DNA of 64,000 bases from Dictyostelium discoideum (lineage: Eukaryota). Location of the stretch: NCBI GenBank assembly GCA_000004695.1, contig CM000152.2, forward strand, positions 4,704,001-4,768,000. Reading direction: 5' to 3'. How positions within the stretch are numbered: the stretch's first letter is position 1; every line of letters begins with the position of its first letter. The notes under the pieces are model-generated. The model was given only the letters and a program-made list of their open reading frames with translations. It was not told where the DNA came from and ran no database searches. A program made the translations under genes and the position numbers. Of this stretch, positions 23,377 to 36,253 are shown piece by piece.

Positions 23377-23590
23377 GGTCGATTTTTCTTTAGTTTTTAG
23401 GAAACTTTTTTTTTAAAGAGATTACTGTTGGTGCTCAAGATATTTCTTTAGGTTTTAGGAAACTTTTTTTTTTAAAAGAGATTATTATTGGTGCTCAAGA
23501 TATTTCTTTAGGTTTTAGGAAACTTTTTTTTTAAAGAGATTACTGTTGGTGCTCAAAATATTGCTTTAGTTTTTAGGAAACTTTTTTTTA
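23377..23590. repeat. Minisatellite of ~3.5-4 copies of a ~58-60 bp unit (…ttaggaaactttttttttaaagagattactgttggtgctcaagatatttctttaggtt…)
   Basis: Tandem copies visible directly; copies differ by a few substitutions. Confidence 0.8.
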
Positions 23591-23822
23591 TTTTGAAAAC
23601 TCCCATTTTTTTTTTTATTACAAAATGTTTTTTCGTTTTTTCTCAAATCTGAAACCTTTTTATTTCTCAAATACCCAAGAATTATTTACTTTTTTTTTTT
23701 TTTTTTTTTTTATTTATTTTTTTTTTTATTTATTTATTTTTTTTTTTTTTTTTTTTTGTAATCATCCAAGATAATATTGAAACTATTTATTTATACAAAT
23801 AAAAAAAAAAAAAAAAAAAAAA
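23590..23822 (+). promoter_or_regulatory. 5' flank/leader of family member A. About 90% identical to 25290..25487, the leader of member B (shared …attacaaaatgttttttcgttttttctcaaat…acccaagaattattta…gtaatcatccaagataatattgaaactatttatttatacaaat…ATGGGAGA). A carries an extra 24 bp internal duplication.
   Basis: Direct alignment of the two upstream regions. Confidence 0.7.
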
Positions 23823-24653
<831 letters not shown>

Positions 24654-25387
24654 TGAAAAAATAAATAAATAATAAAATAAAAATAAATTAATTAATAAAA
24701 AATAAAAATTTAATAAATAATAAAAAATAATGATTAGTTAATCAATCTATAGATATTTTCAAAAAAAAGTTTATTTTATTTTATTCCTAATTATTTTTCA
24801 AAATTAAAAGAGTGAAATTTGAAGTGATTGATGTATGGATACTGAGTTTCGAATGCCACTAGAGTTGTTGCAATGAATGATACAATAATCACCCATGCCA
24901 ATAAAGTAATAGTTCCCATCGGAATCTGTTATTCTCTCTTACCATCATTATTCTTATCTAATGAATGGTACTACTAAAACAATATTTTATTTATTATTGA
25001 TTGCGTTAATTTGAAATAATATTCACCTGTGGATTCGACCACTGAATCATATGAAATTACAACAAATTGATATTGAAAACCGTCGATATCTGTTTGAATT
25101 GTTGATGTTTCACCATTACCACTGTGTGTATATTAAAATATACATGTTCCCATGAAACAACTTAATCTCAAACCTTTAACAAGTATAAATTTTTTATATT
25201 ATTTATTTATTTCTTTTATTTTCTTTGTCTATATTAAATAATATCATTTGATTAAATGTAATATTTTTAATAAAAAAAAAAAACTCCCACCATTTTTTTA
25301 TTACAAAATGTTTTTTCGTTTTTTCTCAAATACCCAAGAATTATTTAATTTTTTTTTTTTTTTTTTTATTTATTTTTTTTTTTTATT

Positions 25388-25420
<33 letters not shown>

Positions 25421-25487
25421 TAATCATCCAAGATAATATTGAAACTATTTATTTATACAAATCAAAAAAAAAAAAAAAAAAAAAAAA

Positions 25488-25506
25488 ATGGGAGATGATG
25501 AAAGTG

Positions 25507-25557
<51 letters not shown>

Positions 25558-27902
25558 TTGGATGTAAAATTTTAAAAACAGTTATTAGTGGTAGGAGAAG
25601 TATATTATTGGAATCATATAATAATAATAATAAAAATAAAAATAATAATAATATTATTATTAAAAGCTATGAAGATGAATTTAATTTATTTAAATTAAAT
25701 AATAAAAAGGAGTTATCAATTGAAAAATTACAAACAATTGCAAAAGATAATGGATTACCATTTGATGAAAATGAAAATGATTTATATAATAGAATTGAAA
25801 TATATTATAATATTAAAATTAAATTAGAAAAAGAAGTTAAACAACAACATGATAATAATCCATTTAATAAAGGTCACCCAATATTATTAATTAATAATGA
25901 TAATAAAAATGAAATACTATTTTGGAAAGTTTTTAGAAATAAATTAATTTTTAAAAATATATTTTCAAATTTCAAATATTCAAATTTATTTAATTATTCA
26001 AGATTATTCTCAGTTTATAATATTTATAATGATTTTAATAATTGTATTGAAATCATTAGAGATAAAGTAAAATCAAATAGTTATTTAGCATTTGGTCATT
26101 GTTTAGATAATTTCAGTGGTTTGTCAACTATTTTAAAAAATATTAAAAAAGATACTCAAGAAAATCAATTATTTCATAACCGATTATTAAATAATTATTG
26201 TAATAAATTAATTCATGCTGGTAATTTTTTTAAAATTATTATTGAGTCATTTAATTTGTTAGCATTAAAATCATTTTTTAATAATAAAACTTTAAAAATT
26301 AAAAAAGTTAAAATTAATTTTGAAATTAATAAAATTTCAGAATTAAAATTTTTAGAATATTTATTTAATAATCATAAAGAATATATTGAAATTCAAAAAA
26401 TAATTATCACTATTTTAAAACCAAATATATTTGAAAAATTTAAATTGGGTGAATTAATAAAATTGGTTATGATATTATATGATGATGAAATTTACACAAA
26501 AATTGAAAAACTAGATAATTTAAAAAATAAATTAATATATAATAAAATTAAAGAATTTCAATTTTCAGATAAAGAATTAAATGAAAATTTATTAACACTT
26601 TTAAAACCAGTCACTAAATCAGACAGATTTTACATAAAATTAAATGATAATTATAATAATAAATTAAACATAATTTTTAAATATATTAATATATTTTACA
26701 AATTAGTTGGAGGATCAACTATAAAACCATTTGAATATTATTTCACTCACATGGGTGAAAAAGAATTAATTGAAAACAAACCAAATGAAATCAATCAAAG
26801 GCAAACTAAAATGGTGATAAATTCAAATATTAAAAGAATTCTTTTAAAAAATAATAATGATACACATGAAACTATCAATAGTATTAAATCAATTGATATG
26901 TTGGATTCCCTTTTTAATAATTATCAAGATCAATTTTTTAAAGATAGAAATGAAAATTGGAAATATGTTAATAGTATTACAATTTTAAAACATTATGAAA
27001 AATTAATGCTATCATTAGGTAGAAAATTTTCATTTAATAATTCTAATGTTATTGAGATTGGGTCAAAAGGAATTCAATCAAAATTATATTTAATAGCAAT
27101 TAATAATCCATCATTATATCAAGTAATTGGTGAAAAAAAAAAAAAAAAGGATTATGTTTTAAATTTAAATTTTATTGCCTTTCCAGGCAAATTAACTTTT
27201 ATATCATTAATAGAATCGAATTATTTTAAAAATATTAAAATTTCAGAATCCTTAGAATTTACTAAATATATTACTATATCAAGATGGATTTCAGATAATT
27301 GTATTTCAATTTTTTCTGATAATAATAAACCTGAAATTTATATTCAATTACCAAATTTAAAAAAAATTAATATTGTTAGTGGAATAAGTAGTGGTAGTGG
27401 TATAAGTAGTGGTAGTGGTGGTAATGATGGGAAAATTAAAATTATTTTAGATCAACTTCAATTAGTTCAAATTTTATATAATTCAAATCGTATTGATGAT
27501 ATTTTTAAAATTAAAAATTTAGATAGTAATATAATTACTAGTTTTATTAAAAATATAAGTCCACATATTTCATTAGATTTCGTTAATAGATTAATTATTA
27601 GAGGATATTTTAATAATTATCAAAAAAAAAATAATTTTTTAAATCAAATAGTTTTAAATAATAATCTTCCAATTATTAAATTTTTATATTTAAATCATAG
27701 TAGTTGTTTCTTTTATTATAATTTAAAAGATTTACTTTTATTAGCAATTAGTAATGATAATTATCAAATAGCTGAACTTTTTTTTGTATTTTGTAACTTT
27801 ACAAGAAAAGAATTGAAATCAGTAATAAAAACAAAATTTTCATTAATAGAACTAATCCATGGAAATAAATTAAAATTAGGAATAGAAATAATAAAAAAAT
27901 AA
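25488..27902 (+). CDS. Family member B (804 aa), full length. N-terminal MGDDESDN(N)16, SAP-like helix-turn-helix ([32 protein letters not shown]), conserved core and C-terminal region. Lineage-specific paralog family of unknown function.
   Basis: Conserved blocks versus C and D: [135 protein letters not shown]. Confidence 0.7.
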
Positions 27903-27919
27903 AAAATAAAATAAGAATT

Positions 27920-27970
<51 letters not shown>

Positions 27971-28140
27971 AAAGGAATAATTTTTTTTTATTTAGAAATA
28001 AAAAAAACTTCAAAAATTAGTGAAAAATAATAATAAATGTTTTTATCTATTTTTTTATTTAATATAGTTATAAAACCTCATTATTTGGGAAATTTTTTTT
28101 TTTTTTTTTTTTTTGATCAACCTAATGCCTAAAATAAATA

Positions 28141-28740
28141 ATAATGAATAAAAGAACAAGAGATGGTAACCAAGAATTTGGTGATAAAAAATTAAAAGAA
28201 AATAATTATAATGACAAAGATAATAATATTAAAAATAATGAATTTAAATCATTTAAATCAGAATAAAGAAGAGTTAACAATTGAAGAATTACAAACAATT
28301 GAATTAGATAATGGATTACCATTAAATGGTGATGAAAATGAATTGTGATAATAGAATTTAACAATATTATAATATTAAAATTAAATTAGAAAAAGAATTT
28401 AAAAAACAACAAGATAATAACCCATTTAATAAAAGTCAACCAATATTATTAGTAATTAATAATGATAATAAAAATGAAATACTATTTTGGAAAGTTTTTA
28501 GAAATAAATCAATTTTTAAAAAGGTATTTTCAAATTTCAAATATTCAAATATATTTAATTATTCAAGATTATTCTCAGTTTATCATATTATTAAAGATTT
28601 TAGTAATGGTAGCTAGCTACTCCCCTCGAAGAGGGGATGGTTAGCGGTGCGACAGGGGGGAGGAGACAGGGGGAACTGAAATCATTAGAGATAAAGTAAA
28701 ATCAAATAGTTATTTATCTTTTATAAGATTATTAATATTA
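28141..28740 (+). pseudogene. Decayed family member E. MNKRTRD start type, with in-frame stops and frameshifts, truncated after the …[10 protein letters not shown] block. Carries the GC-rich insertion at 28611..28676.
   Basis: Recognisable family blocks (SAP-like region, [45 protein letters not shown]) interrupted by TGA/TAA codons. Confidence 0.75.
28611..28676. other. 66 bp GC-rich (~65% GC) insertion inside pseudogene E: AGCTAGCTACTCCCCTCGAAGAGGGGATGGTTAGCGGTGCGACAGGGGGGAGGAGACAGGGGGAACT. It replaces 3 bp of the family consensus and contains a perfect CCCCTC-GAA-GAGGGG hairpin.
   Basis: Aligned against intact paralogs (…aatggt|att|gaaatcattagag…); composition is very unlike its surroundings. 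Confidence 0.8.
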
Positions 28741-29269
28741 CGAGCATTAAAAAAAAAAATTAGAACAAACAACATTTAATTTTGTATTTAAACCATAAAA
28801 ATTCCTGCCTATTTAAAAAAAAAAAAAAAAAAAAAACAAATTAAAAGAGAATATATTTTAAAAAAAATAAAAAATAAACTTTATTTTATTACTATTAAAT
28901 TAAATATTATTGTTATTCTTAATCAAATATATTTTAACAAAAAAAAAAAAAAATAACCCCATCCAAATTAATAATAGACATTTTTTTATAGATCTATGAT
29001 ATTTGAAATTTGATTTAGAAAATTTTGAACATCTTTAAAAATAATATTTAGTTAAAAAAAATTAAATTTGAAAATAAAAAAAAAAAAGCCTTTTCGAATA
29101 TTTAAATTATCCTTTTGGCAATTAAACCCATTTATTTTTTTTTTTTTTAATTTTTTTTTATTTTATTTTATTTTTTTATTTTTTTTCTTTTTTTTTTTTT
29201 GGTAAGACCACTTTTTAATTTTTTTTTTATTTTTTTTATTTTTTTATTTTCAATAAATTGGTTAGAAAA

Positions 29270-30867
29270 ATGAATAAAAGAACAAGAGATAAGAATGACC
29301 TAGATTTAAATGAAGAAGAGGGAATTAATAATAAAAAATTAAAAGAAGATAATGATAGTAGTAGTAATATTGTTAAAAGTTATGAAAATGAATTTGAATC
29401 GTTTAAATTAAAGAAAATAGGAGGGGAATTATCAATAAAAAAGTTACAAACAATTTTAAAAGATATTGGATTACCACATAGTGGTAGAAAAGTTGATTTA
29501 ATTAATAGAATAGAACAATATTATAATATTAAAATCAAATTAGAAAAAGAAGTTGAACAACAACAAAATAATAATCCATTTAATAAAAGCCAACCAATAT
29601 TATTAATTAAAAATGATTATGAAATACCATTTTGGAAAGTTTTTAGAAATAAATCAATATTTAAAAATATATTTTCAAATTTCAAATATTCAAATATATT
29701 TAATTATTCAAGATTATATTCAGTTAATAATATTTTTAATGATTTTAATAATTGTATTGAAATCATTAGAGATAAAGTAAAATCAAATAGTTATTTAGCA
29801 TTTAAACAAATTAAAGATTTAGATGAATATAGTATAAAAACCAATGAAACAACAGACGAAGATGGATTAATAAAGATTTTAGATAGCTTTAAAGAAGAAA
29901 CTCAAGAAAATCGATTATTTTATACTCGATTTATAAATAACTATTGTAATAAATCAATTCACCCTTTAATTTTACTTGGTAGAATCGTTAAAGCTTCAAA
30001 TTTATTAGCATTAAAATCATTTCTCAATACAGAAATATATGTTAAAAGTAAAATTCAAATTAAAATTGAAATTAACAAATTTTCAGATTTACAAATCTTA
30101 GAGTTTTTAATTAATAAATACTATAGAAATAATGATGATAATAATAAAAAAGAAAAAGAAAGTGAAAAAGAAAGTGAAAAAGAAAGTGAAAAAGAAAAAG
30201 AAAAAGAAAAAGAAAGTGAAAAAGAAAAAGAAAGTGAAAAAGAAAAAGAAAGTGAAAAAGAAAGTGAAAAAGATAGTGAAAAAGATAGTGAAAAAGAAAA
30301 AGAAAAAGAAAAAGAAAAAGAAAAAGAAAAAGAAAAAGAAAAAGAAAAAGAAAAAGAAAAAGAAGAAAAAGAAGAACTTATTCAAAAAGATTTAAATGAA
30401 AATGAAATTGATAATCTTAAAAAATTAAAAGAAGGTAGTGAAGGTAATGATAATGATAAAAAAAAAGATGAACAAGATGAAAATTTAGTTTTTATTGAAT
30501 CAATTCGTATAAATGATTTCAATATATTTAAAGAACTTAAATTAGGTGAATTAATTCATTTAGCTAAAACAATATATCAAAATGAAAAAATTGTTAAATT
30601 ATTAGAATTACCAACCTATCATAAAGTTTCAATAGATTTTCCAGAATACATCTTTTTTTCATTAGGTGAAGAATTTAAAAATGATTATATTATAGAGAGA
30701 ATTAGAGAATCCAAACTTGATTTTTCAAATAAAATTAAAGAGGGTTTATCTTTTTTTAATGAAATTAAAGAATTTCAATTTACAGATAAAGAATTAAATG
30801 AAAATTTATTTATGCTTTTAAAACCATTAACAAATTGGGATAGACATTTTTCAAAATTAAATGATAA

Positions 30868-30905
<38 letters not shown>

Positions 30906-32011
30906 TCAATAATAATAGTAATGAACAAGGTTGTGAATTATCATTAGTAAAATATAATATTTTAGAATTATATAATAATAAATTAAGAAAGAATTATCAA
31001 AGATTAGAAGAATATTTTAGATTTCAAAGATATGAATTTGCTCAAAAAGATTTTAAAGAAATTTCAAGTATTCATAAGGAACAAATTGAAATTGAAAAAG
31101 AAATTGAAAGTTTATTTCAAAAAGAAAATGAATTTATTGAAAAACAAAATGAAAAAGATAGACTTCTTGAATCGGATGAAATTTGTAAAAAGAAAAAGAT
31201 AGTATTAGGTTACATATTTTTACTATTCAATTTATCAATGCCAAGAAGGAAACCAATTGAATATTATCTATCTTTTAAAGATGAAAAAAAGGTCATTGCA
31301 TATGGCACTCAAATGAAAGATGAATTTTTAAATTATGGTATACCAAATAATGAGATACTAAGTAGAATTTCAGAGATTGGGTATGGGTCAAATACAAGAG
31401 ACCGATTTAAAATGATAATGAATTCAAAGTTTTTAATTGAAAAGCCATTTAAAGAACATTTTATTAATCCATTGAATTCACCTTTAATCATTGCCAATGT
31501 TAAATCAAAGGATATGTTGGATTTATTATTTAAAAATTTTAATCAACAATTCTTTAAAGATAATAATAGAAATTGGAAATATTGTAATAGTATAGAGATT
31601 ATAGAATATTATGAAAAGTTAATGCAATCATTGGGTAGAAAATTCTTATTCTCTTTTGATTTTGCTAACCGTTGTACAATAGAATGCAAAGGAATTGATA
31701 TTTATCCAAAACTATTATCAAGAGCAATCAGTAATCCAACACTTTATAATCATAGTTCAAATCTTGCTCCAAAAGAAAGATTATTAAAAATCAATGATAG
31801 AACCATTGTAAAACAAAGAGCATTCCTATCGTTATTAGAATTAAATTATTTTAAAACTATTACATTTGACCGATCTTTTACTTTTAACAAATATTCTTAT
31901 AAAATTTCAAGATGGATTTCTGATAATTGTATTTCAAATATATCAAAACTCAATTTTAATGATAATGGTTATACAAAAATTAAAATTCAATTACCAAATA
32001 AAAAAAGAAAA

Positions 32012-32052
<41 letters not shown>

Positions 32053-32920
32053 GAATAATAATAAGAATGGAAAAGAAGAAGAAATAGAAGAAGAAAGTAC
32101 CACTTATGATGGTTATGGTTATAATTCTGATAATTCTTATGATTCTGACGATTATGATGATTATGATAATTATGATAATTATGATGATTATGGTGATTCT
32201 GATGATTCTGATGATTATCTTAATTTTGCTCATGATGATGATTCTAATTATGAAAATGACAATGAAGATGAAGATCATCCTCAAGATTATAGCAATATGG
32301 CAATTACAACAGCAGCAACAGTAACTGCAACAGCGACAACAACAACAGCACCAACAACAACAACAGCAACAACAGCAACAACAACAGCACCAACAGCAAC
32401 AACAACGACAACTGATAATGGTAAAAGTGATAATGGTAAAGAAGATGATGATGATGGAATAATTATGATTATTTTAAATCAATCACAATTAATTGATATT
32501 TTATATAATTCTAATCGTTTAGATGATATATTTAAATTCAAACGTGATTATAAATTTTCAAATAGAAATTTTTTTAGAAAGGTTGGACCACATATTCCAT
32601 TATCATTGGTTGAAATTTTATTAAAAAATTCAAATTTTATCAAAATTGGTATTGATATTCAAGAATTTTTAAATTATTTAGTTTTAATTGGTAACCTTCC
32701 AATTATTAAATATTTAAATTTAAATTTTAGTCATTTCTTCACAAAAAACCAAAGAACAAAGGATTTAAAGAGTTTACTTTCAACTGCCATTCGTTATGAT
32801 TACCCTCAAATCGCTGAAATTCTTTTTGTTTATATAAAATTAACAAGATATGAATTCAGAAAAGAAGTTCAAACTGATTTCTCATTAGTAGATTCACTCT
32901 ACTATAATAATTTGTGGTAA
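29270..32920 (+). CDS. Family member C (~1217 aa from ATG 29270; the track ORF starts at an upstream TTG). MNKRTRD start type, SAP-like motif LSIKKLQTILKDIGLPHSGRKVDLINRIEQYY, plus large low-complexity expansions: (E-K/S-E-K)n from 30140..30370, an acidic D/Y/N tract, and a T/A-rich tract.
   Basis: Same conserved blocks as B and D. Confidence 0.7.
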
Positions 32921-32931
32921 TGAATAGAATA

Positions 32932-32970
<39 letters not shown>

Positions 32971-33149
32971 AATAGAAATAAAATAAAATAAAAAGAAAAA
33001 GAAAAAAAATAAAATGTTTGTTAAAAAAGATATTTTATTTTTATTTTTTTATACAAAAATAATTGAAATTAATGACAATGATAATATCATTAATTTGCAA
33101 ATTTGTTGAAATTTTTGAGATGCAAGAGAAGTTGTGGTTGAATGTGAAG

Positions 33150-34530
33150 TTTATGATGTTGATGATGTTGAGGATGTTGAAGAAGTGGTATAATCACCAG
33201 TTGAATAACCTGAAGAGGAATAATCACCAGTTAATGTAGAATCGGAACCACAAAATGTATTATCATTATTTTTAGCATAACAATGGTCACAATATACAAC
33301 AAATGATGTATTAAAATTAAAATTCTCTTTTTCAAAGTCATCTCTGAATTATCACAAACAATTCCATTTTCAATGTTTTCAAAATTAATATTATTAATAT
33401 AAACTGTTGAATAATAAGCTTGAATAAATGCTGCACCATTATTTGCTTTTGGTTGTTTATAGGCAGTACCAATACTTGAATTGGTAATAGTGAGATTTGC
33501 AATAAACACATAAATGGCACCACCACCTAACAAAGCATTATAATTTATAAAAATTGAATTTTCAATCAATATTGGTAATTATAAAGCACCGATAGCACCA
33601 CCATTGGATTTAGCACTATTTCCAATAAAAATACAACCGATTACATTGCTTGAAGTTGAAATTTGATCTTGACTTGAGTATGAAACGAATAAAACACCAT
33701 TGACATTAGTATTATTAAAGAATTGACAGTTTTCAATATTAAATGAGTATTGTTTTGGAAGTGAGCTGTCAAATTTTAACACAGATGAAGAGTTTAAACC
33801 AATGTTTTCGGTGAATGAAGAATTTGTTAAATAAACTGTTGAATCTGTTGAAAAGACAATATCTCTTAAATTGGAATTTCCAATAAATGAACTGTTATTA
33901 ATAGAAACATAACCTTGACTGGATAATATAATCTCTTCAATATTTGAAACGTTTGAAACTTGAGTATTTTCAAATACAATAGATGTTTTTACAAAGTTGA
34001 TTAATGGAGTTTCAAATCTTACAGAAGCGTTTAAAATTGATGAATTTGAAATTATAATATTTGTGGTTATTGATGTTGATGTTGATGATGGCGGTGATAA
34101 ATAAACACCAGCTTCAATCATTGAACTAGAGGCTGAGCTGAATTATCAAATGTACTTTGATCAAATGTAAAGTATGAATTTGAGTAACCATCGACACTTA
34201 GTATTGATTGATTGAATAAATTAAAATATATTCCAGTAATTGTTACAGAGGATTGGATAATAAGATCTTGACTACTTTAACTACCTTCACTTGGTGTGGC
34301 AATTGAAAATAATGGAGAACCTTGACCAACAAAAGATACACCACCATTAGAGCTATTTAATGGAGAGATAACTATATCAAATTCATATAAATTTACAGAG
34401 TTTTCCACGGCTGGATATATCCCATCTACCAATTTTAAATTTAATTTTTGGTACATTGAAGCAATGGTTAAAGTTGGATTTTGAACTGTTGCAATTGTTT
34501 TAAAATACTCTATAGCATCATTAATTATTT
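33150..34530 (-). pseudogene. Parallel beta-helix (pectate-lyase-like, PbH1-repeat) protein gene disrupted by at least two in-frame stops (for example TAA at 33578..33576) and at least two frameshifts (near 34125 and 33345). Pseudogene, or a gene in error-containing sequence.
   Basis: Repetitive N/S/T/I-rich beta-helix rungs with GGAIY / NGGAIGAL motifs. Adjacent ORFs 33579..34121 and 33231..33569 are in one frame separated by a single stop. S/T-rich tail continues in the +1 frame. Confidence 0.5.
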
Positions 34531-34749
34531 TTTTTAAAAAAAAAATAAAAAAAAACTAAATTATCGTTTTTAAAACTCGCTCCAATGCCATTTTATTTTA
34601 ATTTTATTGCATTTTATTTTTTTATTATATTTTTAAAATAATTTTATATTTTCCGTGCTTACGTTATTTCCATTTTAAAATAAGTTTTACTAAGGAAAAA
34701 AAAAAAAAAAAAAACTCAATAGTGACACCAGTCACAAAAAAAAAAAAAA

Positions 34750-34818
34750 AATCTTTAAATAAATGATATTGAAAATGAATTATATAATAGAATTGAAAGA
34801 TATTATAATATTAAAATT
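34750..34818 (+). pseudogene. Family pseudogene X, 5' piece G (…[24 protein letters not shown]-like region). It is precisely contiguous in family coordinates with piece F at 37747.
   Basis: G ends …aaattagaa and F begins aaaaagaatcaaaacaacaacatgat; together they rebuild the paralog sequence aaattagaaaaagaagttaaacaacaacatgat. Confidence 0.7.
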
Positions 34819-35159
34819 AAATTAGAACTAAATTCTCTGTAGATATACCAGATTTCGATCATAATTCATTTGTTTATGTTTTCGAAGGTGAAGGTAAATT
34901 CGGTCTAGAAGGATATGAAAAAGTTGTAGCTGATCAACATATTGGTGTTTTAGCGAATAAAGATAGAGTTACAATTAATGATAATGAAATTACACCAAAT
35001 AAATTAGATGCAATCGCAGGTGAAAATGGTGTTAGATTCTTATTTTTATCAGCAAAACCATTACGTGAACCAATTGTCCAACATGGTCCATTCGTTATGA
35101 ATACACAAAAAGAAATTCAACAGGCTTTTTTGATTACCAAATGGGTAGATTTTAATTAA
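34819..35159 (+). pseudogene. 3' part of a pirin (bicupin) gene, the C-terminal ~110 codons including the stop (…FVYVFEGEGKF…KPLREPIVQHGPFVMNTQKEIQQAF…). It sits upstream of its own 5' part.
   Basis: Pirin C-terminal block PLREPI/VQHGPFVMNT-EEI-QA is unmistakable; it abuts piece G directly. Confidence 0.75.
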
Positions 35160-35503
35160 TCACCTTTTTTATAAAAAAAAAAAATAATAATAAAGATAAA
35201 AAAAAAAAAATTGTACTATAATTAATGTAAAGTGGTTATTTAATTTAACCCCCAATTAAACATTTATACTGTTGAATTAGAAAATTATAAAATAAAAAAT
35301 AATAAAATAAAATAAATAATAAAATCTTTTAAATTCAATGAAATTAAAACATAAAAAGAAATAATATGATTGTTATATTATTATAAATATATATATGGTT
35401 ATTAAAAAAAAAGTTTTATATTTTTATTTTAGTATTGTTTTTTATGTTTAAAAAAAAAATGTTTAGTGAATCTTTTTTTGATCGATCGAGAAAAAAAAAT
35501 TAA

Positions 35504-36253
35504 TTAAAATGGTAAGTTACCAAGAACTCTTGGTAAATGGACTGATGATTTCAATTTTAATTGTTTAGAATTTGGTTGATTTAAACAAATACTTGGTAAT
35601 TGGAAGTATGCTGAGTCAGCAGATGGGTTGTAATAGTAATAGTTTGTTAATGTATATCCACTTGGCGTATTGTTGATATTTTCAGTTGAGCAAGAGATTA
35701 ATGAACAATCTGATTTATCTACAAGGAGACCGACATTTGAAGAGTTACCTAAATCACCTGGATTTACTGAAAACATATCACATTGAACAGTACCTAATTC
35801 GAAATCACCAACATACTTTAATCCTTCAAGTGATGGAGTAGAGTATGATAATGGTTGTTGGAAACAATAATCAGTACCATTTACATTAACACTAACGTAT
35901 TGTGTACTATTACTACCGAAACCCCAGAGATTACCTTTTGTTTTTGTATTACCATTATCGAATAAAAAGTCAACATACAATTGTTGACCAACCAAATCGA
36001 TATTCATAAAACCAGATTCAAGGAAAGATGATTGTTGAATACCACTTGGAGTTGGATAATTTCCATTAAAACTTAACATAACATATGAACTTGAATAACC
36101 TGTTGGGAGTTGGCCACTTGAAGTAAAACATTGTTGTTGACCTACTTGATTTTCAATTTTTGAGTAATCAATTTTATTTGTACCCATACTAAATGATTTA
36201 CAACAATTTAATGCAACTGTCATTACTAAAATTAAAGATAATAATAATTTCAT
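35504..36253 (-). CDS. Secreted protein of unknown function (249 aa), apparently intact. It lies inside the inserted segment.
   Basis: Signal peptide MKLLLSLILVMTVALNCC; N-glycosylation sequons; Cys-containing Q/S/G/N-rich mature region; AT-rich 5' flank. Confidence 0.6.
   Translation of the reverse strand: MKLLLSLILVMTVALNCCKSFSMGTNKIDYSKIENQVGQQQCFTSSGQLPTGYSSSYVMLSFNGNYPTPSGIQQSSFLESGFMNIDLVGQQLYVDFLFDNGNTKTKGNLWGFGSNSTQYVSVNVNGTDYCFQQPLSYSTPSLEGLKYVGDFELGTVQCDMFSVNPGDLGNSSNVGLLVDKSDCSLISCSTENINNTPSGYTLTNYYYYNPSADSAYFQLPSICLNQPNSKQLKLKSSVHLPRVLGNLPF

Noticed and set aside
28611-28676. Considered whether the GC-rich insert is a tRNA or tRNA fragment
   Set aside because: No TΨC loop or B box (GGTTCGANTCC), no acceptor/anticodon stem arrangement; only a single short hairpin
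30107-30395. ORFs 30107..30385 (-) and 30132..30395 (+), poly-F and poly-K
   Set aside because: Alternate-frame readings of the (GAAAAA/GAAAGT)n coding repeat that encodes (EK/ESEK)n in family member C
31866-32324. ORFs 31866..32087, 31991..32284 and 32106..32324 inside member C
   Set aside because: Out-of-frame or antisense readings of the D/Y/N and poly-N tracts of the real + strand gene
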